Source: a virus
DNA: 64,000 bases
Direction: 5' to 3' (one strand)
IMG/VR virus record: IMGVR_UViG_3300007512_001547
Location: 73,584 to 137,583 of that record
Numbering within the stretch: the first letter of the stretch is position 1; each line of letters starts with the position of its first letter. Below are positions 9,387-19,596 of this stretch, piece after piece. A program made the translations under genes and the position numbers. A model generated the notes under the pieces. It worked only from the letters and a program-made list of their open reading frames with translations. It was not told the DNA's origin and did not search any database.

Positions 9387-10837
9387 TGACAGAAAATAAA
9401 AGGCAAGAACATTTAGGAGATTTTAATCGAAATTTTGCAGTGTTCTTGCCTGCTATTTCCAATTTTTTTAATACATTCATTTCCAGACAAAGAGTTACTA
9501 AAGGTACTCATATTCCAACAGAAAGAATTCCAAAAGGTTTAGACAGAGGAGTTGAAGGTTTAAACTTTATTAATCCAGACGAAGGTTACTTTACATATCC
9601 AACTGCATTATATTCAGCAGGACACGCTTGTTTAGATATGGATAAAGTTACAGACAGAGATTCTATGTGTGTTAATAGAGATCGAAAATTTAGTACAATA
9701 GTAGGCGACTCTGGTGGATATCAGATAGCAAAAGGTGTTATACAATTTGATTGGAAAGATTTTGAAGGTAACAAAGCAAATAAAGTTAGATCTAACATAT
9801 TAAATTGGTTAGAACTTATTGCAGACTGGTCAATGACATTAGATGTACCTACATGGGCGGCAGATGATTTAAACAGAGGCAAATCAGGATTAAACAGTTT
9901 CCAAGATTGTTTAGATGCTACAAAATTTAATAATGATTATTTCCAAAAAAATAGATTAGGACAAACAAAATTTTTAAATGTACTACAAGGTGATGATTGG
10001 GAGACTGGAACAATTTGGTATGATCAAATGAAAAAATACGAGTTTGAAGGTTGGGCATTTGGTGGTATTAATATGTGTGATATGGAAATACTACTTAAAA
10101 GACTAATTGTAATGAGAGATGAAAAGCAATTAGATGGCAAAGATTGGATTCACGTATTAGGAACATCACAATTAGATTGGGCTTGTTTCTTAACTGCAAT
10201 ACAAAGACAACTAAGAAAACATATCAATCCAAACGTTACAATAAGTTTTGATTCAGCATCTGCATTTTTATCAACTGCAAACGGTTTAGTTTATACACAA
10301 AATACATTTACTCCAAGTAGATTCTCATTTATTATGGATAAAGCACCAGATGACAAAAAAATGAAAGGTTCAGATATACCTTTTCCATTCCACAGTCAAA
10401 TTGGAGATAGATTAACAATGGGAGATGTTTGTTGGTATGGCGAAGGCGACCTAAATAAAAACAACAAAGAAGGTGCAACTTCTTGGGATAGTTTTAGTTA
10501 TTGTTTAATGATGTCTCACAATGTTTACAATCAAATCAAAGCAGTACAAGTAGCAAATGATTTAAACGATATTGAAAGTATAAAATATAAACCACAAGTA
10601 GGGCATTGGCGAAAAACAAAAGGATCAGATACAACCGATGAAATGAGTAATTTTGTTCCAAGAAATATATTATATTTCAATACACTTGTAGAAGAAGTAT
10701 TCACATCAGAGAATCCCATGGAAGTTATCAATAATGCTAGACCATTTTTAGCAGATATAAGAGGAACACGTTGGGCAAGACATACAGGTGGTGGTAAAGG
10801 TAAAAACAACTTTAGTTCATTATTTGAAGGAGGATAA
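9386..10837 (+). CDS. dpdA: TGT-fold guanine transglycosylase, DpdA-like (7-deazaguanine insertion into DNA)
   Basis: TGT motifs GDSGGYQ, TLDVP, VLQG, GWAFGG, HVLG, FDSAS; no CxCxxC Zn site; folE and queE in the same window. Confidence 0.8.
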   Translation: MTENKRQEHLGDFNRNFAVFLPAISNFFNTFISRQRVTKGTHIPTERIPKGLDRGVEGLNFINPDEGYFTYPTALYSAGHACLDMDKVTDRDSMCVNRDRKFSTIVGDSGGYQIAKGVIQFDWKDFEGNKANKVRSNILNWLELIADWSMTLDVPTWAADDLNRGKSGLNSFQDCLDATKFNNDYFQKNRLGQTKFLNVLQGDDWETGTIWYDQMKKYEFEGWAFGGINMCDMEILLKRLIVMRDEKQLDGKDWIHVLGTSQLDWACFLTAIQRQLRKHINPNVTISFDSASAFLSTANGLVYTQNTFTPSRFSFIMDKAPDDKKMKGSDIPFPFHSQIGDRLTMGDVCWYGEGDLNKNNKEGATSWDSFSYCLMMSHNVYNQIKAVQVANDLNDIESIKYKPQVGHWRKTKGSDTTDEMSNFVPRNILYFNTLVEEVFTSENPMEVINNARPFLADIRGTRWARHTGGGKGKNNFSSLFEGG

Positions 10838-12009
10838 TGCAAGATAATTTTTGCGTAATGCCGTTTGTACACGCATTTGTTACACCTAACATCATAAGTC
10901 CTTGTTGTGCCTATACTACACCACTCAAATTTAATTCAAAAAAACAATATTGGGCTTCTGAACAACTCAAAACAATTCAACAAAATATGTTGAGCAACAC
11001 ACGTGACGCAGGTTGCAGAGTTTGTTGGAAAAAAGAAGACAGAGGGTATAGCAGTTTAAGACAACATAGTAATCAAATTTACAAAGAACACATAGACTCA
11101 ATTAAAAGCAACAGTATTGATAAGCAACCATACTATCTTGATTTACGTTTAGGAAACTTATGTAACCTTAAATGTAGAATGTGTGTAAGTGAATGGAGCA
11201 GTCAAATTGCAGGAGAGATATTAGATAATCCTAATGAAGACTGGATAGACACACCTAAACAAAAAATAATTGAATTGGACGACGACTCATGGAAACTATT
11301 AGATAATTGGATTCCGTTTGTAAGACGTGTGTTCATGACTGGCGGAGAACCAACAATTATAAAACGTAACTTAGATTATATTGATAAAATTGTAGAATCA
11401 GGATATAGTAAAAATGTTGAACTTATTTTTACAACAAACGCCACAAATATAAATCAAAAATTTATAGAAATTAGTAAGAAATTTAAGAGTGTTAGTTTTA
11501 ATGTATCAATAGATGCAGTTGGTAATTTAGCAAATTATATTAGACATCCTAGTAATTGGAAAACTATTAAAAATAATTTACAAAACATTAATAAAAACGG
11601 TGTTGGAGTATCTTTTAACACAACTATACAATGGTTAAACATGACAAGATTAAATGAGATATTTGATTACATTGAAAATTGCAATATTGATTTTGGTGGT
11701 ATTTGGTTTCAATTGGTTACTGATCCATATTATCTTGATTCAATATATGCTCCAAATTTTATGAAAAAAAAATGTATTAACGATATAGAAGAATTTTTAC
11801 ATAGACCTTTTTTAAATAATCCAAAATTTAATAACATTCTTTTTGGTGAATTAAAGCAAAGTCTAATACAAACAAAGAACTTTTTGAGTAAAAACTTTAA
11901 CAATGTAAAATATACAGATGAGTTTTTAAAAAGGATGGAAATACTTGATAGATTAAGAAACCAAAATCTATTTGAGGTATTACCAGAATTAAAACAGATA
12001 GGAGAATAA
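10837..12009 (+). CDS. N-terminal twitch-domain radical SAM protein (copy 1)
   Basis: FCVMPF...PCC...CRVCW..E..SLR N-domain; core GNLCNLKCRMC; TGGEP. Confidence 0.93.
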   Translation: MQDNFCVMPFVHAFVTPNIISPCCAYTTPLKFNSKKQYWASEQLKTIQQNMLSNTRDAGCRVCWKKEDRGYSSLRQHSNQIYKEHIDSIKSNSIDKQPYYLDLRLGNLCNLKCRMCVSEWSSQIAGEILDNPNEDWIDTPKQKIIELDDDSWKLLDNWIPFVRRVFMTGGEPTIIKRNLDYIDKIVESGYSKNVELIFTTNATNINQKFIEISKKFKSVSFNVSIDAVGNLANYIRHPSNWKTIKNNLQNINKNGVGVSFNTTIQWLNMTRLNEIFDYIENCNIDFGGIWFQLVTDPYYLDSIYAPNFMKKKCINDIEEFLHRPFLNNPKFNNILFGELKQSLIQTKNFLSKNFNNVKYTDEFLKRMEILDRLRNQNLFEVLPELKQIGE

Positions 12010-12010
12010 A

Positions 12011-12208
12011 ATGGCTGGTAAAAACAAAAAATTAAAAAAATTACAAGATCATCATGATTACCTAAATCGAAAGGTAGATGACCTTACCAAAGACAGAAAA
12101 AAAGATAGAAGTGATGAAAGCAAACAACTTTTAATGCGTTTGAAAAAAACCAAACTTGCGATAAAAGATGCAATCGCTAAAACCAAACAAACATTGACAA
12201 AATCTTAG
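12011..12208 (+). CDS. DUF465/YdcH-like coiled-coil protein
   Basis: 65 aa pattern L...H..L...V..L......LKK.KLAIKD.I; SD AGGAG. Confidence 0.7.
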   Translation: MAGKNKKLKKLQDHHDYLNRKVDDLTKDRKKDRSDESKQLLMRLKKTKLAIKDAIAKTKQTLTKS

Positions 12209-12221
12209 GATATGCTATAAT
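12194..12221 (+). promoter_or_regulatory. sigma70-type promoter with extended -10
   Basis: TTGACA-N16-TATAAT with TGn; ATG 12229 is 7 nt downstream. Confidence 0.75.
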
Positions 12222-12228
12222 GTTAACA

Positions 12229-12765
12229 ATGAAAAGAACTTATGCAACAGGTATAAAAAAAGATGTTACTGTGTTTTCTGGATTGGAAATTGAGCATACG
12301 CCTGCATATGGCTTACAAACACTATTCATTGCTCGTAATGATTTAACATTTGATCAAATACAAGAAATGGCTGTAATAACCAATGCTGAAGCAATTTATT
12401 ATGGTGCAAATAGAAGTTATATGCACAATCAGTATATGCAAGTAGCACAAATTATGAAATTTTTAGAACACGGTTATTATGTAACTGTGGAATATCCTTT
12501 TGAATTACACCAAATGGTTGGACAAAAATTTGCATTAGTTTGGAAACATCCAAAATTTATTCCGTTCTGTTCAATTATAATGCCAGATTCAGAAGAAGAC
12601 TCATCGCTATGTTTTAAAATTGACGATATTGATTTTAACAAAACTAATCCCGGTGTATGGACAATGAGTATGAAAGATTTTAAAGATAAAGCAGGATTTA
12701 CTAAATGGGATCAATATATAAAAGATGAACCAATAGAAGAGAACAAAATATGGTCAATGAAGTAG
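12229..12765 (+). CDS. Hypothetical protein co-transcribed with the T-fold gene
   Basis: 178 aa from ATG 12229; the track's start at 12220 lies inside the -10 box. Confidence 0.75.
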   Translation: MKRTYATGIKKDVTVFSGLEIEHTPAYGLQTLFIARNDLTFDQIQEMAVITNAEAIYYGANRSYMHNQYMQVAQIMKFLEHGYYVTVEYPFELHQMVGQKFALVWKHPKFIPFCSIIMPDSEEDSSLCFKIDDIDFNKTNPGVWTMSMKDFKDKAGFTKWDQYIKDEPIEENKIWSMK

Positions 12766-13187
12766 AAGAAAGAAGAGATCAAGCATTAACGGAAAACTTG
12801 AGTAAAGCAAGTAAAATGATATGGGTTACTTTCCGTAAGGAAGGTATGCACAAATACCCAGCGGCATTAGAAGATCCAAAATTAAAAACAGGTGATGAAT
12901 ATGATGTATCGTTTTTAGGATACCCACATAGACATACGTTCCATTTTAAAGTTGCAATAGAAGTATTCCACGACGATAGAGATATTGAATTTATACAATT
13001 TCAAAGATGGATTTTAAGTTTATATAGTCAAGGTACATTACAAAACGACTTTAAAAGTTGTGAAATGATGTCAGATGATTTATACATTCAAATAACAAAA
13101 AAATATCCTGGCAGAAAAATTGAAATAGATGTTTCTGAAGATGGAGAAAACGGATCACACGCAGTATATGAAAGAAATAACGTTTAA
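12750..13187 (+). CDS. QueD-like T-fold protein with LxxxHRHxF motif (possible DpdL-type CDG decarboxylase or QueD substitute)
   Basis: LGYPHRHTF, DIEF, SCEMMS, VSEDGENG; lacks the canonical QueD CxxxHGH. Confidence 0.7.
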   Translation: MVNEVEERRDQALTENLSKASKMIWVTFRKEGMHKYPAALEDPKLKTGDEYDVSFLGYPHRHTFHFKVAIEVFHDDRDIEFIQFQRWILSLYSQGTLQNDFKSCEMMSDDLYIQITKKYPGRKIEIDVSEDGENGSHAVYERNNV

Positions 13188-13488
13188 AGAAAAAAGAGCA
13201 ACAACAAGAATGGGTTACCTACCAATTGGTGGAGGTGGACTTAATGCTTCATATACTTTTGTTGATGCAGTAGCAAATATATGCACTACCGCAGGTAATT
13301 TAGGTATGAAATATGGCAAAGATTTCATTTGGGCATATCACGGATATGACAATGAAGACGATGACTGTGTTACATTAATGGTGAAAGAAGACAAGTATGA
13401 AACTTTTTTACATTTAGCACTACAAAACTCACACAGAATTAAACACACCGTTAACGGCACAATCAAACTAACAAAGGAGAGAGCATGA
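13168..13488 (+). CDS. Hypothetical protein
   Basis: Likely start MKEITF at 13168; ATGA coupled to the next gene. Confidence 0.7.
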   Translation: MKEITFKEKRATTRMGYLPIGGGGLNASYTFVDAVANICTTAGNLGMKYGKDFIWAYHGYDNEDDDCVTLMVKEDKYETFLHLALQNSHRIKHTVNGTIKLTKERA

Positions 13489-13724
13489 CTAAACTATACG
13501 AAGTGAAGATAGAACTTACTGAAAAAATTAAGACACACAAAACCGAGTACATAAAAGCAGAATCAAAACATGAAGCGATGGAGAAGGTCGAAGGATTCGT
13601 TACAGACCAATATGTCAAAGATAACGACTTCAACTACACTGACGCCAATGCCATCAGCGCCAAACCAATCAGTGAGAGGGACTTCTCAAATGACAGGATC
13701 GGACTGCCATCAGACAACACATAA
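13485..13724 (+). CDS. Hypothetical protein (GC-elevated)
   Basis: 79 aa, SD AAGGAG, many C-ending codons. Confidence 0.7.
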   Translation: MTKLYEVKIELTEKIKTHKTEYIKAESKHEAMEKVEGFVTDQYVKDNDFNYTDANAISAKPISERDFSNDRIGLPSDNT

Positions 13725-13733
13725 GGAGGCAAG

Positions 13734-14264
13734 ATGAGAGTACCATATGTAAATTTTAAAACAAGAATAGGCGATAACGACGCAGTAGGTGGTTGTACAT
13801 TTATTGGAGGTGAATGGAAAGAAGTAGATACTACAGAAATATTTGACAATAAAAAAGTCGTTGTATTTGCACTTCCAGGAGCATTTACACCAACTTGTTC
13901 ATCACAACAAGTACCAGGATATGAAAAAATGTATGATGAAATTAAAGCACAAGGTATAGATGAAGTTTATTGCTTATCAGTAAATGATGCATTTGTAATG
14001 AATGCTTGGTTTAAAGATGAAAAAATTACAAAAGTTAAACCAATCGGCGATGGTGAAGGTGCATTTACACAAGGTATGGGTATGCTTGTGAATAAACCTG
14101 GACAAGGTTTTGGCATGAGGTCTTGGAGATACTCAATGCTTGTTGATAACGGAGAAGTTGTTAAACAATTTATTGAACCGGGTAAAAACGACGCTAGTGA
14201 TGACAACGATCCGTTTGAGGTTTCTGACGCTAAAACAATGTTAAATTATTTGAAGGGTGCATAA
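13734..14264 (+). CDS. Peroxiredoxin (Prx5/redoxin family)
   Basis: PGAFTPTCS peroxidatic motif, SVNDAFVMNAW, RSWRYSM; SD AAGGAGG. Confidence 0.95.
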   Translation: MRVPYVNFKTRIGDNDAVGGCTFIGGEWKEVDTTEIFDNKKVVVFALPGAFTPTCSSQQVPGYEKMYDEIKAQGIDEVYCLSVNDAFVMNAWFKDEKITKVKPIGDGEGAFTQGMGMLVNKPGQGFGMRSWRYSMLVDNGEVVKQFIEPGKNDASDDNDPFEVSDAKTMLNYLKGA

Positions 14265-14282
14265 GTCATCTAAATAACATGA

Positions 14283-15437
14283 ATGTCACGAAAAATACTA
14301 GAAAAAAATTTCTGTGTATTACCTTGGACAGGTTTTGAACTAGAACCTGACGGTGTAGTAAAAAACTGCATTATCTCAAAAGAAACTATTGGCAACATAC
14401 ATCAAAATAGCATAGAAGATATTCTTCAATCAGAAAAGAATCTTGAGATTAAAGCTCAAATGCTAAACAAAGAATTCCCAAATAATTGTGCAGGTTGTTA
14501 TTTTCAAGAAAAAGATCGTGCAACAAATTTTGAAAGTATTAGTAGTAGACTATATTATGCAAAAGAATTAGGCCCACACATTGACAATAAATTACTAGAC
14601 AAAAAAGATAACTTTGATTTAAGTCATGTTGATCTCAGATGGAATAATAAATGCAATCAGGCCTGTGTTTATTGTTACCCAGAATACAGTAGTAAATGGG
14701 CACAAGAATTAAACATTAAACAAGAGTTTGAAAAAGGAAATGTTGAAAAAGTAAAACAATATGTCTTTAAAAATATTAAAAAATTAAAAAACATCTATCT
14801 TGCTGGTGGTGAACCTTTACTTATAAACGAAAATCGTGAATTTTTAAAATTATTATTAGAACAAAATCCAGATGTACATATAAGAGTAAACACAAATTTA
14901 AGTTCAACAAAAACTGGAGTATTTGAATTATTGTGTAAATTTAAAAATGTCCATTGGACGGTAAGTGTTGAATCCATGGATAAGGAATATGAATATATTA
15001 GATACCATAGTTCATGGAAAGACTTTATAAAAAATCTAAAATACATACAAACACTTAATCATAAAATTAGTTTTAATATGTTGTATTTCATTTTAAACTA
15101 CAAAAGCATATTTGATTGCATTGATTACTTTAAATCGATAGGATTTCACAATAATAGTTTTATAATAGGACCATTATATACACCATTGTTTTTAAATGTT
15201 AGACATTTACCAAAAAATATAAAAGAAGAAGTTATTACTATGTTTGAAAACAAAATTGCTGAACAACCAGGATTTTACCTACAAAATAGTTTGGAAAATT
15301 GCTTAAAGTATTTGACTGAAAATGGTTTTAATGCTAATATAGAACTAACAAGACAAAACATTAAAAAAATGGATTTAAGAAGAAAATTAGATAGCGAAAA
15401 AGTATTTCCAGAATTATACAAAGAGGTACTAAATTGA
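14283..15437 (+). CDS. N-terminal twitch-domain radical SAM protein (copy 2)
   Basis: FCVLPW...C...CAGCY; NKCNQACVYC; AGGEP; TAAATA 6 nt upstream. Confidence 0.93.
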   Translation: MSRKILEKNFCVLPWTGFELEPDGVVKNCIISKETIGNIHQNSIEDILQSEKNLEIKAQMLNKEFPNNCAGCYFQEKDRATNFESISSRLYYAKELGPHIDNKLLDKKDNFDLSHVDLRWNNKCNQACVYCYPEYSSKWAQELNIKQEFEKGNVEKVKQYVFKNIKKLKNIYLAGGEPLLINENREFLKLLLEQNPDVHIRVNTNLSSTKTGVFELLCKFKNVHWTVSVESMDKEYEYIRYHSSWKDFIKNLKYIQTLNHKISFNMLYFILNYKSIFDCIDYFKSIGFHNNSFIIGPLYTPLFLNVRHLPKNIKEEVITMFENKIAEQPGFYLQNSLENCLKYLTENGFNANIELTRQNIKKMDLRRKLDSEKVFPELYKEVLN

Positions 15438-16609
15438 AAATATTTTACATGGGTTTAGAACCCTATGAAGGACGATATACATTACAATTAACAGAATGGA
15501 CTAAACGTGTTTATAAAAAACGTGATATTGACTATGTGATTGTTCCAGGTACTACTATTGACGATTCAAAAGCAATAGTAACAGGACAAGTTTTAGATGC
15601 ACATGGCAGAAGTTATTTTGGTATGAGCCAAATGATGAATCTTGTACAAATGATGAAAGCTGGCGAAGTTACTTCCGAGGATATAATATTTTTTGAGGAT
15701 ATGTTCCAACCAGGAATGGAATCTCTTCCATATATTTTACACCAAGTTGACAAAGAGCATATGCCAACAATATATTTGAGATGTTTAGCACAGGCAATTG
15801 ATCCTGATGACTTTGTACACGTTTGGGGAATGAGCAAATGGATGAGTTTATATGAACAGATGTGTAATGAAATTCCAAATGTCAATATACTTGCAACAAA
15901 CGAAGAAATGGTTGCACATATGCGTATAGCAAACTGGAAAGCACCTATATACAATATATCTGGTTTAAGTTTTGGCAAAGAAGAAGTACAAGAAAGAGTT
16001 CCTAATAGAAAAGCATTTAATGATAGAAAAATGAGAGTAATATTTGGAGCAAGATGGGATCAAGAAAAACAACCAGGATTTTTTATGGATATGATTGATC
16101 ACTGGAAAGCAAATCCAAAATTACCAGAAGTAGAATTTGCAATATGTTGTGGCGGTCCTTTAAGAAGTAATAACACTTCTTATGTAAACAGAGCAAGAAT
16201 AATGGAACAAGACGGTACATTAAAAATATATGAAAATTTAAAAAAGAATGAATACTACAACATACTTGCAGATTCAAGAGTATTGTTTAATTGTGCATTA
16301 CAAGATTGGACATCCAATACAGTATCAGAAGCAGACTCATTAGGCACAAACGTATTGTTTCCAGCATACAGAACATTTCCAGAAGTATTTGCTAACGATG
16401 AAACAAGAATGTATATTCCATGGAGCGGTAGAGACGCAATGGAAAAATTAAAAGTATTATTAATGAAACCATCCCCTAGTATAGGTCAAATATCTGATTG
16501 GACAGACGGTACAATAGATAGAATGATTGACATTATGACAGGCACGGGAGAACAATGGAGAAGAGATGGAAAACACTACAGAACACCAGTTTCCGAGTCC
16601 AAGTATTAA
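15434..16609 (+). CDS. GT-B fold glycosyltransferase (GT4-like)
   Basis: TTG start; IFGARWDQEKQP, then NCALQDWTSNTVSEA (GT4 E-x7-E-like region) and PAYRTFPE. Confidence 0.75.
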   Translation: MKIFYMGLEPYEGRYTLQLTEWTKRVYKKRDIDYVIVPGTTIDDSKAIVTGQVLDAHGRSYFGMSQMMNLVQMMKAGEVTSEDIIFFEDMFQPGMESLPYILHQVDKEHMPTIYLRCLAQAIDPDDFVHVWGMSKWMSLYEQMCNEIPNVNILATNEEMVAHMRIANWKAPIYNISGLSFGKEEVQERVPNRKAFNDRKMRVIFGARWDQEKQPGFFMDMIDHWKANPKLPEVEFAICCGGPLRSNNTSYVNRARIMEQDGTLKIYENLKKNEYYNILADSRVLFNCALQDWTSNTVSEADSLGTNVLFPAYRTFPEVFANDETRMYIPWSGRDAMEKLKVLLMKPSPSIGQISDWTDGTIDRMIDIMTGTGEQWRRDGKHYRTPVSESKY

Positions 16610-17597
16610 CACACTTACAAGATCTGTATTAGTTACAGGTGGAGGTGGCTATGTGGGTTCTCACACTTGCAAATTATTATCTAAAAATGGATACGTTCCT
16701 GTAACTGTTGATAGACATTACAGAGAAGGACTAGTATCGTTTGGGCCAAATTATAATTTACATCTACCACAAGAAATTAATAGATTAGATGAAATTATTA
16801 AAAGACATAACATTACAAGTTGTATACATTTTCTGGCCAGCACATCAGTATCTGAATCTGTTACAAATCCCTCATTATATTATAAAAACAATCTTATAAA
16901 CACAATTACATTACTAGACAAATTAGTTTCTTTAGATATTAAATCATTTGTATATTCTTCTAGTGCGGCAGTTTATGGCAATCCAGGAATGAAACTATGC
17001 AAAGAAACAGATCAATGCAATCCAATTAGTTCTTATGGTGGAAGTAAATTAATGATAGAACAAGTTTTAAAAGATTATCATAGAGCATATGGTATATCAT
17101 CAGTAGGATTAAGGTATTTTAATGCCGCTGGAGCAGACCCAGAAGGAGACGTTGGAGAATTAAGAGAAAAAGAAACACATATAATACCATTAGCCATTAA
17201 AGCATCTAGGCAACTAAAAACATTTAAATTATTTGGTGCAAAATTTCCAACAGAAGATGGCACGTGTGTTAGAGATTATGTTCATGTTATGGACCTTGCA
17301 GATGCACACATTAAGGCTTTAAACTATGCTCATGAAAATAATTGTGCCGATGTTTTTAATTTAGGTTCTGGAGCACCTGTTTCTAATAGAGAATTATTAG
17401 ATGTTATACAAAAGCATACAGGTAAAATGGATATTAAATTTGAGCCAAGCAGAGCAGGGGATCCTGCATATCTTGTAGCAGATATAACAAAGGTAAAAGA
17501 AATATTAAATTGGGAACCAACACAAAGTTCAATTGATAATATAGTAGCAACTGCATTAAGATGGTATAATAAGATGCACAAGAAAGATATCCATTAA
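16566..17597 (+). CDS. galE: UDP-glucose 4-epimerase
   Basis: VTGGGGYVGSH, SSSAAVYG, YGGSK, LRYFNAAGA, RDYVHVMDLADAH. Confidence 0.92.
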   Translation: MENTTEHQFPSPSINTLTRSVLVTGGGGYVGSHTCKLLSKNGYVPVTVDRHYREGLVSFGPNYNLHLPQEINRLDEIIKRHNITSCIHFLASTSVSESVTNPSLYYKNNLINTITLLDKLVSLDIKSFVYSSSAAVYGNPGMKLCKETDQCNPISSYGGSKLMIEQVLKDYHRAYGISSVGLRYFNAAGADPEGDVGELREKETHIIPLAIKASRQLKTFKLFGAKFPTEDGTCVRDYVHVMDLADAHIKALNYAHENNCADVFNLGSGAPVSNRELLDVIQKHTGKMDIKFEPSRAGDPAYLVADITKVKEILNWEPTQSSIDNIVATALRWYNKMHKKDIH

Positions 17598-18733
17598 TGG
17601 ATCCAAAGAAAAAATACCATTTATTCAAAACAAATAAAAATTTTTGTGTTGTTCCGTGGACTAATTTTGAAATATACACAAATGGAGATGTTAGAACCTG
17701 TTCAATGGGTGGCGAAACTTTAGGCAATATTAACAATCAAGATATTGAAGATATTTTACAAAGTGATACTATTAAACGAATTAAATCAAATATGCTAGAA
17801 AATAAACCAGATAAAAACTGTGTATCATGCTATCACAGATCTATTGAAGATAAAAATTTTTCATATCTACGAGATCATTACAACAAATTACTGGTCAAAG
17901 CAGATGTTGATTATGAAAACATTGAAACTTTTGATATGCACTGTATTGATTTGCATTGGTCTAATATATGTAATTTACGTTGTATAATGTGTAATCCACA
18001 ACAAAGCAGTTTGATTGCAAAAGATGAAAAGGAAATTATTACTCCAGTTAATAAAAAAAGTGTAGAAAAAATAATACAAATGACTGTTAAAAATCAAGCA
18101 AAAATAAAAGAAATATACTTGAGTGGTGGAGAACCATTTTATATTCCTTACAATGTACAACTTTTAAAACAACTGGAAAATAAAGATGTACCATTAAGAA
18201 TTAATACTAATATGCAATGGAAAAAAACAAATCCTTTATTACAAGCATTGAAAAATTTTAATAATGTTCAACTCACAATGAGTGCTGATGCTGTAGGTGA
18301 TAAATTTAATTATATAAGAAACGGAGCGGATTGGGACTTGTTTTGTAATAATTTAGAATATATTAAAAACAATACAAATTTTTCAATCAGAGTAAACACA
18401 ATTTTTAGTATAATCAATGCTGATTGTATAGATAATTTAATTAATTATTTTTATAACCAAATGAATATAACTGACATGACTATTAATTTAGTATATGTTC
18501 CTAATGCAATGGATCCAAGAAACTACCCTGCAGGAAAAAAAACAAATATCATATCTAAATTGCAAAAAATTAAAAAAACTATATCTAACGAACACACAAA
18601 TTTACTTAATAATTTAGAAAATTGTATCATGCAAATAAGTTTGGAAAATATAAAAGATTATGTTCCTACGTTAGATCATGTTACAAAAAAACATAAAACA
18701 AATTGGAGACAAGTATTTGTAGATTTAGTATGA
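17597..18733 (+). CDS. N-terminal twitch-domain radical SAM protein (copy 3)
   Basis: FCVVPW...TC...CVSCY; NICNLRCIMC; SGGEP. Confidence 0.93.
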   Translation: MDPKKKYHLFKTNKNFCVVPWTNFEIYTNGDVRTCSMGGETLGNINNQDIEDILQSDTIKRIKSNMLENKPDKNCVSCYHRSIEDKNFSYLRDHYNKLLVKADVDYENIETFDMHCIDLHWSNICNLRCIMCNPQQSSLIAKDEKEIITPVNKKSVEKIIQMTVKNQAKIKEIYLSGGEPFYIPYNVQLLKQLENKDVPLRINTNMQWKKTNPLLQALKNFNNVQLTMSADAVGDKFNYIRNGADWDLFCNNLEYIKNNTNFSIRVNTIFSIINADCIDNLINYFYNQMNITDMTINLVYVPNAMDPRNYPAGKKTNIISKLQKIKKTISNEHTNLLNNLENCIMQISLENIKDYVPTLDHVTKKHKTNWRQVFVDLV

Positions 18734-19341
18734 AGACAGCATTATTAATTGGTTGTGGCGGAAAAAGAGGAGAAGATTTAATAAAAGGTTGCCAACAGGC
18801 TGACTTTGACGTAATTAATATAGGTTCTAGTGAATCTAAATTAAAAAATGTAGAAAACATTAAGATTGATTGGAGAACCTTTGATATAATACAAATGCAT
18901 AAAATTTATAAACAACTGTCTTACAATTTTGACTTTATATTTTTTAATCAAAATTCATCGGCGTTGGCAAAAGAAAATTTTATTAATACAATTAAAACTG
19001 TAGATTTATGGAGTTTAACTAAGAGCTGGAGTAAAAGTTATTGGTTAAGTTGTCAATTTCCTTTTATAATAATCAAAACACTAGAAGAACAAAATAAGTT
19101 AGATAAAAATGCTACTATAGGTTGGATGCTGTCTAGTTACATTGATAAAAATGTTAAAGGTGTTGACGACTATGCTGATTACAGTGGTTATAAATTTACA
19201 AACTATTTAATAATGAAAAACTTTAATACAAAATACCAATGTTTTGGTATTAATCCCAAATTTGGTTCTTCTGACTATACAGATTTAATTTATAAAATTT
19301 GTAGCAACCAAATTAAATGCAATGGACAAATAATTGAATAA
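18730..19341 (+). CDS. Divergent Rossmann/SDR-like protein
   Basis: MKTALLIGCGGKRG glycine loop and a late YSGYK (YxxxK); only 203 aa. Confidence 0.55.
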   Translation: MKTALLIGCGGKRGEDLIKGCQQADFDVINIGSSESKLKNVENIKIDWRTFDIIQMHKIYKQLSYNFDFIFFNQNSSALAKENFINTIKTVDLWSLTKSWSKSYWLSCQFPFIIIKTLEEQNKLDKNATIGWMLSSYIDKNVKGVDDYADYSGYKFTNYLIMKNFNTKYQCFGINPKFGSSDYTDLIYKICSNQIKCNGQIIE

Positions 19342-19345
19342 TTGT

Positions 19346-19374
19346 TTGACAAAATGGTGCAACTACTGTAAAAT
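19346..19374 (+). promoter_or_regulatory. sigma70-type promoter
   Basis: TTGACA-N17-TAAAAT, then SD AAGGAG before ATG 19393. Confidence 0.75.
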
Positions 19375-19392
19375 AGTATATAAGGAGATACA

Positions 19393-19593
19393 ATGACAAA
19401 TGAAGAAGACAAAAGCTATGAAAATGAATCGGCCAGTCCATCACCAATGGTACAAATCTCAATTAAAGAGTATGACAAACTCAAAGAACATCAAAAATAT
19501 ATTACAGATAAAAGTTTAATTGCTGTAATTGATAAAATTGAAGAGTTAGTTAGAGCATTAAGAAAACACATAGTTAGAACAGATATAGAATAA
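19393..19593 (+). CDS. Small hypothetical protein
   Basis: 66 aa, good SD and promoter. Confidence 0.75.
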   Translation: MTNEEDKSYENESASPSPMVQISIKEYDKLKEHQKYITDKSLIAVIDKIEELVRALRKHIVRTDIE

Positions 19594-19596
19594 TAT

